A DNA stretch of 62,321 nucleotides, counting the filler. It is 3 parts of 3 records of this genome, joined end to end, with 100 filler letters (N's around TTAATTAATTAA, not from the genome) between each part and the next. Parts side by side here need not be neighbours in the genome. Positions count along the whole stretch, not along the records: positions 32,660 to 62,321 come from SRR31156797_7506; 2 more parts are not named here. One strand, given 5' to 3'. Under the pieces are notes generated by a model. It saw only the letters and a list, made by a program, of their open reading frames with translations, ran no database searches and was not told the origin of the DNA. Below, one piece after another: positions 48,490-58,313 of the stretch. Position numbers and translations under genes: made by a program. How positions within the stretch are numbered: the stretch's first letter is position 1; every line of letters begins with the position of its first letter.

Positions 48490-49194
48490 TTACGGCCCAA
48501 GCCAGTGCACAACCCCGGAATCGGTATCATAAACAGCGCCCATAAGCTGGGCCTTGCCGGAACGGACCTTTTCAAGAATAGCCGGACATTGGCTCAAAAT
48601 CTCACGCATGACCTGACGGACATTGGTTTCCGCAACCTTATCCGCCAACTCTCCACCCTTAAGAGAGGGGTAAAGCACGCGGGTCATTTTGATAGCCGGT
48701 TCGAGCTTACCCATGAGCTGCACAAGATGTCCCTTCAGTTCAACCCTATCAATAGCAGCTTTTATCAGGGTAGAACGGGTGTGACCCATTACAACCAGCA
48801 TCGGGGTTTCAAGGGCCAGCATGGAATATTCCACCGAGGCCAGAGTATCCGATCCAGCCACATTGCCTGCAAGGCGCACAGTGAAAAGATCTCCGAGTCC
48901 GCGGTCAAAAATCAACACCGGGTCCACCCGCGAATCAGAAGCGGTAACCACTGTGGCAAACGGATTCTGTCCCCTTAAAGCCAGAACTTTGCGCTGGTGG
49001 GATGTCTGATTGGGATAAACGCTGCTTCCTTTAACAAAACGCAGGTTCCCTTCCATGAGCAAAACCAACGACTGGTCGGCCCCCCTCTGTTGCAGTTCTG
49101 GTCCGGATACAGAAGTTCCGTTTTCAGCCAAAGCATCAGCACAGGGGGAATTCAACAGGAGTGCAGTTATGAAAAGTAAAAGTAATTTCCTCAA
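48490..49194 (-). CDS. Exported beta-carbonic anhydrase homologue lacking both Zn-binding Cys
   Basis: LMEGNLRF, GQNPFA, ASDSRV, IFDRGLGDLFTVRLAGN, VVMGHTRS, GAVYD. Confidence 0.88.
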   Translation of the reverse strand: MRKLLLLFITALLLNSPCADALAENGTSVSGPELQQRGADQSLVLLMEGNLRFVKGSSVYPNQTSHQRKVLALRGQNPFATVVTASDSRVDPVLIFDRGLGDLFTVRLAGNVAGSDTLASVEYSMLALETPMLVVMGHTRSTLIKAAIDRVELKGHLVQLMGKLEPAIKMTRVLYPSLKGGELADKVAETNVRQVMREILSQCPAILEKVRSGKAQLMGAVYDTDSGVVHWLGP

Positions 49195-49436
49195 TTAGAG
49201 ACTCCGCCGGTTGCGATTGGTTGGACTAATTAGAAGAACCATACATACCCCGGCCATGTTTATGCAAGAGGCGGTTTATAAATTACTTGTATTAAAGCGT
49301 GTAAAGTTATTCCCCCGCATACCGATCAGATAGGCAAGACATCAATCGGGAGGGTGTCAGGAACTTCCGTTACAGACGCAGGTTCCTTAAAACCATGTCC
49401 GGTCCTTCACCCGGGTAAGACCTTCATAAGAACGAC

Positions 49437-50609
49437 TTACCTCGCAGAACGGCCCGACATGGTTTCATTTTTTGCTCGCATTAAAAATAAAATTCCGCTC
49501 AAACTGAAAAGTGTTGTCCAGATACGGTACATGAGAAAAATTGAAGCGCCTGCAGTAACGCTTCCGCAGGAACCAAGATAGAGCAGAGTCTCAAAAGCGG
49601 CTTCATTGACCCCCAATCCTGCAGCCGGAGCAGGAATAACCCCGGCAAGAAAGGAAAGCGGGGCTGCAAAAAAAATCTCATTAAAATCAGGAAGTAGAGG
49701 TAGATTCTGAATCCGAGCCAGAAGATAGATAGCGCAGACAAAAGAAAAATGCTGGACTGCAGTCAACCCAACAATCCTTAAAACTGTGGATGTGGAATTA
49801 CGGTAAACCAGCAAGGCGGAAACCACTTCCCCGATCTTTTCCCCAAGCTTCGAACCCTTGAAAATTTTCCGGTAAATAAAACCCGTCTCCAAAAATTCAG
49901 GAGCAACCAACGGTGCAGCAAGGGAAAGAAGTGCGGTATAAAACATAACCGGACCAACTTCCCCGCCCAAAAATCCTGAACCGGAGAAACAAAGCATTCC
50001 AGCCAGAACCGGAAAGACCAGCCCAGCTGCAAAGCCTACCCCACGTCCGCGCACAAGGGCCAGAAACCCCAGCAACACACTCAACCAAATCAAACAGAGA
50101 ATTCCCAGCGCCGGAACCGCAATAACCCGCAATTCAGGCGAATGCTCCACAAGGGTCCAGTTAAAGGCCATCCCCAACCCGCCGAACATGAATAGCCCCA
50201 TAATCCCGACAATGCGGTCCACAATGATGGCCGCGCCGACCCTTGCCCCATGCCCGGTAATGCGGGTGGTGTAAAAATAACGGGCCACATCTCCGCTGGC
50301 AGAACCCATGACGCACTGAGTGAAAAAATACATGATCGCGGAAACCTTAAAGCTGTCTTTCAGAGAAATGCCGAGCCCCGCACCCTTCAGCAGCTCCACA
50401 TAACGAACAGCGCCAAGACTCATCCCGAAAGCAATCAGCAGACAGGCCACACCCAAAACCGGAATATGGTCAGCAGCAACCATCAGGTACTCCGGGCGGA
50501 TTCCACCTGATTTAATCAACCAGAAAAGAAGTCCCCCGGCAAAGAGGGACTTAAGTATGTTGGCTATGAAAGTTTTGCGTCGTTCTGGCGCTGGTTCAGG
50601 ATAATTCAA
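49437..50609 (-). CDS. Lysylphosphatidylglycerol synthase TM / flippase-like (YbhN/UPF0104) protein
   Basis: Multi-TM, SGDVAR, IVDRIVG, PAPAAGLGVNE, LMYR; probable TTG start 2 nt after the pat stop. Confidence 0.75.
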   Translation of the reverse strand: MNYPEPAPERRKTFIANILKSLFAGGLLFWLIKSGGIRPEYLMVAADHIPVLGVACLLIAFGMSLGAVRYVELLKGAGLGISLKDSFKVSAIMYFFTQCVMGSASGDVARYFYTTRITGHGARVGAAIIVDRIVGIMGLFMFGGLGMAFNWTLVEHSPELRVIAVPALGILCLIWLSVLLGFLALVRGRGVGFAAGLVFPVLAGMLCFSGSGFLGGEVGPVMFYTALLSLAAPLVAPEFLETGFIYRKIFKGSKLGEKIGEVVSALLVYRNSTSTVLRIVGLTAVQHFSFVCAIYLLARIQNLPLLPDFNEIFFAAPLSFLAGVIPAPAAGLGVNEAAFETLLYLGSCGSVTAGASIFLMYRIWTTLFSLSGILFLMRAKNETMSGRSAR

Positions 50610-50611
50610 CC

Positions 50612-53320
50612 CTACCCCGCATCTTTTGCCAGCTTTGTGCAATCCAGACGCATTTCCACAAGATCTTCATCATAGTTCTCACTGATTTCAAACCCGAACT
50701 TACGGGAAAGCCCCTGCATGGCCTTGTTTTCAAAAAGAGTCTGGCCCACCAGCCAATGAGTGCCGCGTTCCTTTGTGTAACTAATAATCTTGTGGAAAAG
50801 CATGGACCCCAGACCGGTTCCTTTAAGATCGGAACGGACCACAATGGCAAACTCAGCCTCGGAATTATCCGGTTTGGTGGAAGTACGCACCACACCGAGG
50901 GTTTCCGGTTTGCCATCTTCGCCCATGGCTGTAGCAATAAAGGCCATTTCACGGTCATAGTTGATCTGGGTGAAGCGGGACATATCCTTGTGGTCAAAAT
51001 CCCTGCGAACCACGCCAAAGAAGCGCATACGCATATCTTCATCCGAAACCTGCTCCAAAAATTTATAATGCGCAGGCTCATCTTCAGGACGGATAGGACG
51101 CAGAGTGACCTGTCTGCTGTCCCGAAGCACAACGCACTCCTCCAGCTCACGGGGATAGGGCCGTATAGCCAACTGAGGACAATCCTCGCGGCACTCGGCA
51201 ACCAAAATCTTTGCTCCAAGGGCCAGTACCCCGGTATCGTCCCCGTAAAGGGGGTTGATATCCAGATGCACTATCTGTGGAATATCAATAAACAACTGCG
51301 AAACCTGAATCAGGGTCAGGCAAAGGTCATCGATATCCGCAGGAGGCTGGGTTGGAGTCCCGGAAAGCAGCCTCGATATCCGGGTCCTGCTGATCAATTC
51401 ACGGGCAAGGCTCATGTTCAGGGGAACCATGGCTACTGCCTGATCGCGGACCACCTCGCGGGTCATGCCTCCGTGTCCGAAATGGATAATCGGTCCGAAA
51501 GTGGAGTCAGCATATGCGGAAATAAAAAGCTCGTGCGCTCCCAGCCTGCGGCCCATTTTCTGGACCGTGAACCCTTCAATGTAGGCATCCGGCCGCTGAC
51601 GGTTAACTCTGGTCAGCATTGTTGCTGCCGCTTCCCAAACCTTTTCCGTACTTTCAAGGTCAAGAACAACACCACCCACATCATAGGGCTGGTTAATCTG
51701 CGGAGAGCGAATTTTAAGGGCCACCGGACAACCTATTTCATCTGCGGCAATGACCGCTTCACGGGCAGACACTGCCACCCTAGTTTCCACAACAGGCAAC
51801 CCGTAAGCCGCCAGCACCTTACGTGCTTCCGGTTCGTTAAGTTCCTGCCGTCCCTCGGAAAGGGCCTTGTGCACTGTCTCACGGGCAGTGGTGGTGTCTG
51901 GAAAAAAGTCCGTTGGTAAAGAATCCGGTGTTTCGGTGAGCAGCTCCTGGTTACGCTGATACTCGGCCATGTACATAAAGGCACGCACAGCCTGATCCGC
52001 ACTTTCGTAAGTGGGTATGCCATGCACGGAGAAAATTTTACGCGACTTGCGAGACATATCCGAGCCCAGCCATGAAGTAAGCACCATGCGCCGGACCTTT
52101 TTCAGACCTTTGGCAAGAATTTCCGCTACCTCAGCACTGGCAATCCCGGCAAATGGCACATGAACCACAAGCACGGCGTCCACACCTTTATCCTTAATCA
52201 ATACTTTGAGGGCATCGAGATATTTTTGACCGGCAGTGTCAAATTTTATGGTCACCGGATTGCCCCCACTCCATTCCCCATCAAATACACTATTCAGCTT
52301 TTCAACGGTTTCCTCGGACAGCTTGGCCAATTTCCCACCCCGGCGAATCAGACCGTCCGCTGAAGTGAGTCCGGCGCTGGCCCCGTTGACAATAATCGCC
52401 AGCCGATTTCCACGCACAGGCTGACGCAAGCTGGCAAGAGTCTGGGCCGCATCAAACATGCCGTCAATAGTTTGCACCCGCAGCATCCCGGCCCGACGGA
52501 AAGCCACATCATAGACCTCTTCAGCGCGGGCGATCATGGCATTGTCCAGACGAGACAGTTCCTGAGTTACATGCTGCAAAGCCTGTCCCGGACGAATTGC
52601 CAGAACCGGCTTGTTGCGCGAGGCCGCACGGGCTGCGGACATGAAATCACGGGCATCATTGATGGATTCAATGTAAAGCAGAATGGACCGAGTCTGAGCA
52701 TCGGAACCGAGATAATCAAGTACATCCCCGAAGGTAAGATCAATACGGCTGCCCAGCGAAACCACATGAGAAAAGCCGATGTCATTGGTGGCCGCCCAGT
52801 CCAGAACAGTGGGAATAAAGCTGTCTGACTGGGAAACAAAAGCTATCTTGCCCGCTTTGGCCGGCAATGGGGCAATGCTGGCATTAAGGTTAAGAGCCGG
52901 AACAATGAAGCCAAGACTCTTGGGACCAAGGATTCTCATATGGGGAGAATTAGCCGCTTGCAGCAGCTCGGCCCGCAACCTGATCCGTTCCTCATCGGGA
53001 ATGGCACTGAACCCCGGACCGATCAAGGCACAGGCCTTGACCCCGATTTCGCTGAGCCTTTGCAGAAGCGGCGGGCATTCCTGAAGGGGAAGACAAATCA
53101 CCGCAAGGTCCGGGACCTTTGGCAGGTCGGCCACATCTTTATAAGTCAAAACCCCGGAAATAGCCTCAGCATCAGTACTCACCGGCATCACCGGACCGAG
53201 AAATCCGCCGCCCATAAGGTTGCGCATGAGAATATTTCCCGCATTTGCAGGGTCATTGGTTGCACCGATTACGGCCACTGATCCGGGCTGAAAAAGATAT
53301 TCCAGATTGATAACGCTCAT
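50612..53320 (-). CDS. pat: Protein lysine acetyltransferase (Pat/YfiQ type: acyl-CoA ligase-like domains plus C-terminal GNAT)
   Basis: SVAVIGA CoA-binding, GIPTY, ATP-grasp, LAIRPYP, LRPIRPEDE, QINYDREMAF. Confidence 0.9.
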   Translation of the reverse strand: MSVINLEYLFQPGSVAVIGATNDPANAGNILMRNLMGGGFLGPVMPVSTDAEAISGVLTYKDVADLPKVPDLAVICLPLQECPPLLQRLSEIGVKACALIGPGFSAIPDEERIRLRAELLQAANSPHMRILGPKSLGFIVPALNLNASIAPLPAKAGKIAFVSQSDSFIPTVLDWAATNDIGFSHVVSLGSRIDLTFGDVLDYLGSDAQTRSILLYIESINDARDFMSAARAASRNKPVLAIRPGQALQHVTQELSRLDNAMIARAEEVYDVAFRRAGMLRVQTIDGMFDAAQTLASLRQPVRGNRLAIIVNGASAGLTSADGLIRRGGKLAKLSEETVEKLNSVFDGEWSGGNPVTIKFDTAGQKYLDALKVLIKDKGVDAVLVVHVPFAGIASAEVAEILAKGLKKVRRMVLTSWLGSDMSRKSRKIFSVHGIPTYESADQAVRAFMYMAEYQRNQELLTETPDSLPTDFFPDTTTARETVHKALSEGRQELNEPEARKVLAAYGLPVVETRVAVSAREAVIAADEIGCPVALKIRSPQINQPYDVGGVVLDLESTEKVWEAAATMLTRVNRQRPDAYIEGFTVQKMGRRLGAHELFISAYADSTFGPIIHFGHGGMTREVVRDQAVAMVPLNMSLARELISRTRISRLLSGTPTQPPADIDDLCLTLIQVSQLFIDIPQIVHLDINPLYGDDTGVLALGAKILVAECREDCPQLAIRPYPRELEECVVLRDSRQVTLRPIRPEDEPAHYKFLEQVSDEDMRMRFFGVVRRDFDHKDMSRFTQINYDREMAFIATAMGEDGKPETLGVVRTSTKPDNSEAEFAIVVRSDLKGTGLGSMLFHKIISYTKERGTHWLVGQTLFENKAMQGLSRKFGFEISENYDEDLVEMRLDCTKLAKDAG

Positions 53321-53543
53321 GAAAGCCTCTTGTTAGAAGTCCGCTGCTTATCCTTCCACAACCTTCTACATACCCGCTGATCAAGCTGCATATCAAGCAT
53401 AAAGCGTTCAACACAGCCCTAAATATTCCATTTCCGCCAATGGTTATGGTTTGCAGCCCTGTTCAACCCGGCTGAAACAGCGTATATGAGTAACTGAAGT
53501 GTACACCAGCCAGCATAAAATTTCATGAGCCGGAGCCGGAAAT

Positions 53544-55532
53544 ATGAGTGACAATAGCATTGAAACCCTGATGAGCGAAGAACGCAGCTTTGATCTCCAG
53601 CAGGATATGGAGCAGGATATATTAGAAAAGGCCAACCTTACAGCGCAAAAATATGAAGAAGCCTGCCGCATGGCGGATGAAGATTCCGATAAGTTCTGGG
53701 CTGAAAGAGCGCAGGAACTGCTGCATTGGAAACGTGATTTCAACACAGTACTTGAATCTAATTCCCAAAAAAATGAATATAAATGGTTTGCAGGAGGAAG
53801 GCTGAACGCTTCCGAAAACTGCCTCGATCGCCATTTAGAGAACGGCAAGCGCAACAAAGCCGCCCTGATCTGGCAGGGCGAGCCGGAAGAGGACGTCCGG
53901 GTCTTCACCTACCACATGCTGCACCGCAAGGTCTGCCGTTTCGCCAATGTACTCAAAAAAATGGGTGTTTCCAGAGGTGACCGGGTAGCCATCTACCTGC
54001 CCATGGTCCCGGAACTGGTTATCTCCATGCTGGCCTGCGCCCGCATCGGAGCTGTACATTCAGTAATTTTCGCCGGATTTTCCGCGGTCAGCCTGCAAAA
54101 CCGGATCATCGACTGCGATGCAAAGATCCTCATTGCCGCGGATGGAGTTCTCCGCGGGGGGAAAAAAATCCCCTTGAAACGCAATGTAGATGAAGCACTT
54201 TTCGAATGCCCCTCAGTGGAGCAGGTCATCATGGTCAAACGCACCGGAGATGAAATTGATTTCATCGAGGGTCGCGATACCTGGTGGCAGGATGAAATGT
54301 CAGCACAGGACATTGAAGATTACTGCAAGCCTGAATCCATGCGCTCCACAGACCCGCTGTTCATCCTCCACACCTCCGGCTCAACCGGGAAACCCAAAGG
54401 GATCGTACACAGTACCGGCGGATACATGACCATCACCGCCCACACCACCCAATGGGTATTCGACCTCAAGGACGATGACGTGCATTGGTGCACCGCAGAT
54501 ATCGGCTGGATAACCGGACACAGCTACACCGTATACGGCCCGCTGACTCTGGGAGCCACCACCCTGCTATTTGAAGGTGTGCCCACCTACCCCCGTCCGG
54601 ACCGCTATTGGGAAATCATCAACCGCTACGGGGTAAACATCTTTTACACCACCCCTACGGCCATTCGCTCTCTCATGCGCGAAGGTTCGCAGTGGACCGA
54701 AAAATACGGTCTCTCCACCCTACGCATCCTTGGCTCCGTGGGCGAACCCATCAACCCGGAAGTCTGGATCTGGTTCCACGAACATATCGGCAAGGGCAAA
54801 TTGCCCCTGCTGGACACTTGGTGGCAGACCGAAACCGGAGGCATCCTTATTTCTCCGCTACCCTATGTGGGTAAACTCAAGCCCGGTTCAACCGGGCAAG
54901 CCCTTCCCGGAATCCAAACAACCATCGTGCACAGTGACGGGAGCGAAGCCTCTGCCAACGAAGGCGGCCACCTGCTGATCACCAAGCCGTGGCCCGGCAT
55001 GCTGACCACTATCCACAATGATGACGCCCGTTACCGCAGGACATACTTTGAACGCTTTCCAGGCTGCTATGAGACAGGGGACGGAGCAAGGATTGATGAA
55101 GACGGTTTCCACTGGATTATGGGACGCCTTGACGATGTTATCAATGTTTCCGGACACAGACTGGGCACCACCGAGATTGAATCCGCGCTCATCGCCCATC
55201 CTGATGTGACAGAAGCCGCAGTGGTCGGAATTCCCCACGAGGTTAAAGGACAATCTGTTTATGCTTACGTAACCCTGCGTAGCGGCCTTGATGAGGATGA
55301 TGAAATGCGTGCGTCCTTATGTGATTGGATCAGTGAAAAGATCAGCCCCATAGCTGTGCCTGAAGCCATCCAATTCTCCGAAGGCTTGCCCAAAACCCGC
55401 TCCGGTAAAATCATGCGCCGCATCCTGCGCCGTATCGCGGTGGGTGAAACCGATTTCGGCGACACCTCTACCCTCTCTGACGCTTCAGTAATCAACGACC
55501 TCATTGAAGGGCAGAAAGTTCTTTTCGAGTAA
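53544..55532 (+). CDS. acs: Acetyl-CoA synthetase (AMP-forming)
   Basis: HTSGSTGKPKG, WCTADIGWITGH, GSVGEPIN, DTWWQTETGG, LPKTRSGKIMRR. Confidence 0.96.
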   Translation: MSDNSIETLMSEERSFDLQQDMEQDILEKANLTAQKYEEACRMADEDSDKFWAERAQELLHWKRDFNTVLESNSQKNEYKWFAGGRLNASENCLDRHLENGKRNKAALIWQGEPEEDVRVFTYHMLHRKVCRFANVLKKMGVSRGDRVAIYLPMVPELVISMLACARIGAVHSVIFAGFSAVSLQNRIIDCDAKILIAADGVLRGGKKIPLKRNVDEALFECPSVEQVIMVKRTGDEIDFIEGRDTWWQDEMSAQDIEDYCKPESMRSTDPLFILHTSGSTGKPKGIVHSTGGYMTITAHTTQWVFDLKDDDVHWCTADIGWITGHSYTVYGPLTLGATTLLFEGVPTYPRPDRYWEIINRYGVNIFYTTPTAIRSLMREGSQWTEKYGLSTLRILGSVGEPINPEVWIWFHEHIGKGKLPLLDTWWQTETGGILISPLPYVGKLKPGSTGQALPGIQTTIVHSDGSEASANEGGHLLITKPWPGMLTTIHNDDARYRRTYFERFPGCYETGDGARIDEDGFHWIMGRLDDVINVSGHRLGTTEIESALIAHPDVTEAAVVGIPHEVKGQSVYAYVTLRSGLDEDDEMRASLCDWISEKISPIAVPEAIQFSEGLPKTRSGKIMRRILRRIAVGETDFGDTSTLSDASVINDLIEGQKVLFE

Positions 55533-55594
55533 CCTATGGAAATAAAGAACTTTTGCACCGATCACGGACGACACTGAAATTGTAAAAATCAAGC

Positions 55595-55636
55595 CTGCAA
55601 TTGCCGGAGCAGTTCCGGCAATTGCAGATGCTTTTT
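55595..55636 (+). terminator. Terminator after acs
   Basis: 14-bp stem CTGCAATTGCCGGA/TCCGGCAATTGCAG, then ATGCTTTTT. Confidence 0.7.
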
Positions 55637-55704
55637 CCGGGCCTGAGAATTCCATTTACATAAATCTCCATTAGAAATCGCCCCCCCCCCGAAGCGTAAA
55701 TAAA

Positions 55705-55733
55705 TTTACCACTTCATATTACTATGCTATATT
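55705..55733 (+). promoter_or_regulatory. Sigma70-type promoter with extended -10
   Basis: TTTACC, 17 nt, TATATT preceded by TGc; upstream of the 55779 kinase. Confidence 0.45.
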
Positions 55734-55778
55734 CATAGCAGTAGAACCGGATTCCTATTACTCTGGCCGGGGAGGCGA

Positions 55779-58313
55779 ATGTTCAATTCCATGAAAGCAA
55801 GCCTGCTTTTCTTTGCAGCCGGATTGGTCATTGCGACCACAGTCGGACTTACTTACTTTGCCCAACGCACAGTAACTGACTCAGTCATGGAGTCTGAATT
55901 CGCCCATGCTCAGGCCATCGTGGATGCAGTCTATCAAGAAGTGAACAATCAATATCAGAGCATTGTTTTTTCCGAACGCTCAGCAATTTCTGCCCGCAAG
56001 GAACAACTACAAAACATCGTAGGCATATCCATTGACCTGATCCGTTTGAATTACAACAAGTACAAGCAAGGGCTCATCTCTGAAGCCGAAGCTAAAAAAC
56101 TGAGCATCGAACAATTAAAGAACATGCGTTATGACGACGGTACCGGGTATTTATGGATTAATGACGACACGCCCCCTATCCCCCGGATGATCATGCATCC
56201 CACCATGCCCGACCTGAACGGTAAAATTCTAGATGATCCCCGCTTCAAAGGGGTAAGGGAAAGTAACGAAAACCTCTTTGTCACCTTCCGAGAAATCGGC
56301 ACGCAATACGGATCTGGTTTTGTCGAATATCTTTGGCCCAAGCCCACTAAAACAGGATTTAGCAAGGAACAACCCAAACTCTCTTATGTAGAGCTATTCA
56401 AGGAATGGGGCTGGATTGTCGGCTCCGGAGTCTACATTGATGACATTGAAGAAGAAGTAAATGTAAGAATCAAAGCCGTGCTGCAGGAACTCAGGGAAAG
56501 TTTTAAAAAAATCAAAGTCGGCAAGCACGGATACATATTTCTTTTTTCAGGTAAACCGGAACTGGTTATCCACCCAGTTTATGAAACAATACCCATAGCT
56601 GACCTTTTAAACCCTGAAACTGGTAAGCCCCTCTTTCAGGAACTCAAGGATGCAGCCCATATTGACGGTGTAATGGAATATTTTTGGGATAAACCTCCAC
56701 GGAACAAAGGTGATTTCACCTTCCGCAAGAGGGCTTATATCAAATATTTCGAACCGCTGGATTGGTATATATGTTCTACCGCCTATATGGATGATCTGGA
56801 AAAACCTGGCCTCATGCTCCGGAATGAAATAACCATGCTCTCCATCGGTGTACTGGCTCTGGCTCTTCTCTTTGCTGCCATCCTCTCCAGCAAAATCGCC
56901 CAGCCGCTCATGAAACTGACCGCTGCCGCCCGAGCTATCCGCGAGGGTGGAGTCTCCGCTTCTGAAATACCGCAGGAAGGCCCCACAGAAATCAAAGAAC
57001 TGGGTACGGTTATCAGCCAGATGCTAGACTCCATAAAGGCTGCCATAGAAGAGAAGGAACAACTGCTGGTTGCCTTGGAAGACGGCAACAGGCAGCTTTC
57101 AGCAACCAACCACCAGCTTGAGATAAAAATCGAGGAACACGCTAGGGTGCAGCAGGAACTGATCAAGCTGCGTAACCACCAGAAGAATATTATCGATTCC
57201 ATGCCTTCCATACTTGTAGGCGTAAACAAAAGCGGGGCTATTACTCTATGGAACAAAGGAGCTACCACATCCAGCGGAATGAGTTTTGAAGATGTGAACG
57301 GTAAGCTGCTTTCTGCTGTATTCCCTCAATTGGATAAGGAATTAAATAAAACAAAACAGCAAATCATCAGCGGTAAAACAGAACAGAAAGTACGTATTCC
57401 ACGAGTGGTTAACGATAAAACACGCTATGAGAACATCACCATATATCCGCTGATCAGCGACGGATATGACGGAGCTGTAATCCGTCTTGATGATGTTACC
57501 GACAATGTTCGCATTGAAGAAATGATGATCCAGACGGAAAAAATGATGTCCGTGGGTGGACTGGCTGCAGGCATGGCCCATGAAATCAATAACCCTCTCG
57601 GTGGAATACTCCAAGGAACCCAGAACATTGAACGCAGGCTGCAACCCGGTATGGCCAAAAACGAACAAGTCGCCCGCCAAATGGATATTTCCCTCGAAAC
57701 TCTCAACAAATACATTGAAGAACGCGGCATTTTGAAAATTCTGTCCGGGGTCAGGAAATCCGCAACCAGAGCTGCGGGGATCATCTCCAATATGCTCAAC
57801 TTCAGCCGCAAAACGGATGTCCACCGTACCACATGCAAACTCGACGAGTTGGCAGACAGTGCTGTGGCCCTTGCGGAACAGGATTATGATCTAAAGAAGA
57901 AATTTGACTTCAGGAAAATAGAAGTCGTCAGGGATTATCAGGAAAACCTGCCATATATAATTTGCGCGCCCACGGAAATAGAGCAGGTTATGCTCAATCT
58001 TCTGGGCAACGCCGCCCATGCCATGCAGGATAGCAATTGCGAAAATCCAAAGATAGAAATCAAAATATGGCAGGAAGGTGATTACGTGGCAACTTCCGTT
58101 TCTGACAACGGTCCGGGTATGGCAGAAGATGTCCGCAAAAGAGTCTTTGAGCCCTTCTTCACCACCAAGCCCAAAGGGGTCGGCACTGGATTGGGACTTT
58201 CAGTGTCCTACTTCATCATCACAGAAAACCACAACGGTAACTTCAGTATTGAATCCAATCCGGGCAGCGGCTCAAAATTCACCTTCAAGCTGCCCATCTC
58301 CTCCCTGCGCTGA
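55779..58313 (+). CDS. Cache-HAMP-PAS sensor histidine kinase
   Basis: Cache (YLWIND..MHP..YLWPKP..WGWIVGSG), HAMP, PAS, AHEINNPL, FFTTKPKGVGTGLGL. Confidence 0.93.
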   Translation: MFNSMKASLLFFAAGLVIATTVGLTYFAQRTVTDSVMESEFAHAQAIVDAVYQEVNNQYQSIVFSERSAISARKEQLQNIVGISIDLIRLNYNKYKQGLISEAEAKKLSIEQLKNMRYDDGTGYLWINDDTPPIPRMIMHPTMPDLNGKILDDPRFKGVRESNENLFVTFREIGTQYGSGFVEYLWPKPTKTGFSKEQPKLSYVELFKEWGWIVGSGVYIDDIEEEVNVRIKAVLQELRESFKKIKVGKHGYIFLFSGKPELVIHPVYETIPIADLLNPETGKPLFQELKDAAHIDGVMEYFWDKPPRNKGDFTFRKRAYIKYFEPLDWYICSTAYMDDLEKPGLMLRNEITMLSIGVLALALLFAAILSSKIAQPLMKLTAAARAIREGGVSASEIPQEGPTEIKELGTVISQMLDSIKAAIEEKEQLLVALEDGNRQLSATNHQLEIKIEEHARVQQELIKLRNHQKNIIDSMPSILVGVNKSGAITLWNKGATTSSGMSFEDVNGKLLSAVFPQLDKELNKTKQQIISGKTEQKVRIPRVVNDKTRYENITIYPLISDGYDGAVIRLDDVTDNVRIEEMMIQTEKMMSVGGLAAGMAHEINNPLGGILQGTQNIERRLQPGMAKNEQVARQMDISLETLNKYIEERGILKILSGVRKSATRAAGIISNMLNFSRKTDVHRTTCKLDELADSAVALAEQDYDLKKKFDFRKIEVVRDYQENLPYIICAPTEIEQVMLNLLGNAAHAMQDSNCENPKIEIKIWQEGDYVATSVSDNGPGMAEDVRKRVFEPFFTTKPKGVGTGLGLSVSYFIITENHNGNFSIESNPGSGSKFTFKLPISSLR

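Noticed and set aside
49251..49266. GG-N10-GC motif on the plus strand near the CA-like gene
   Set aside because: Poor match to TGGCAC..TTGC and no plus-strand gene downstream.
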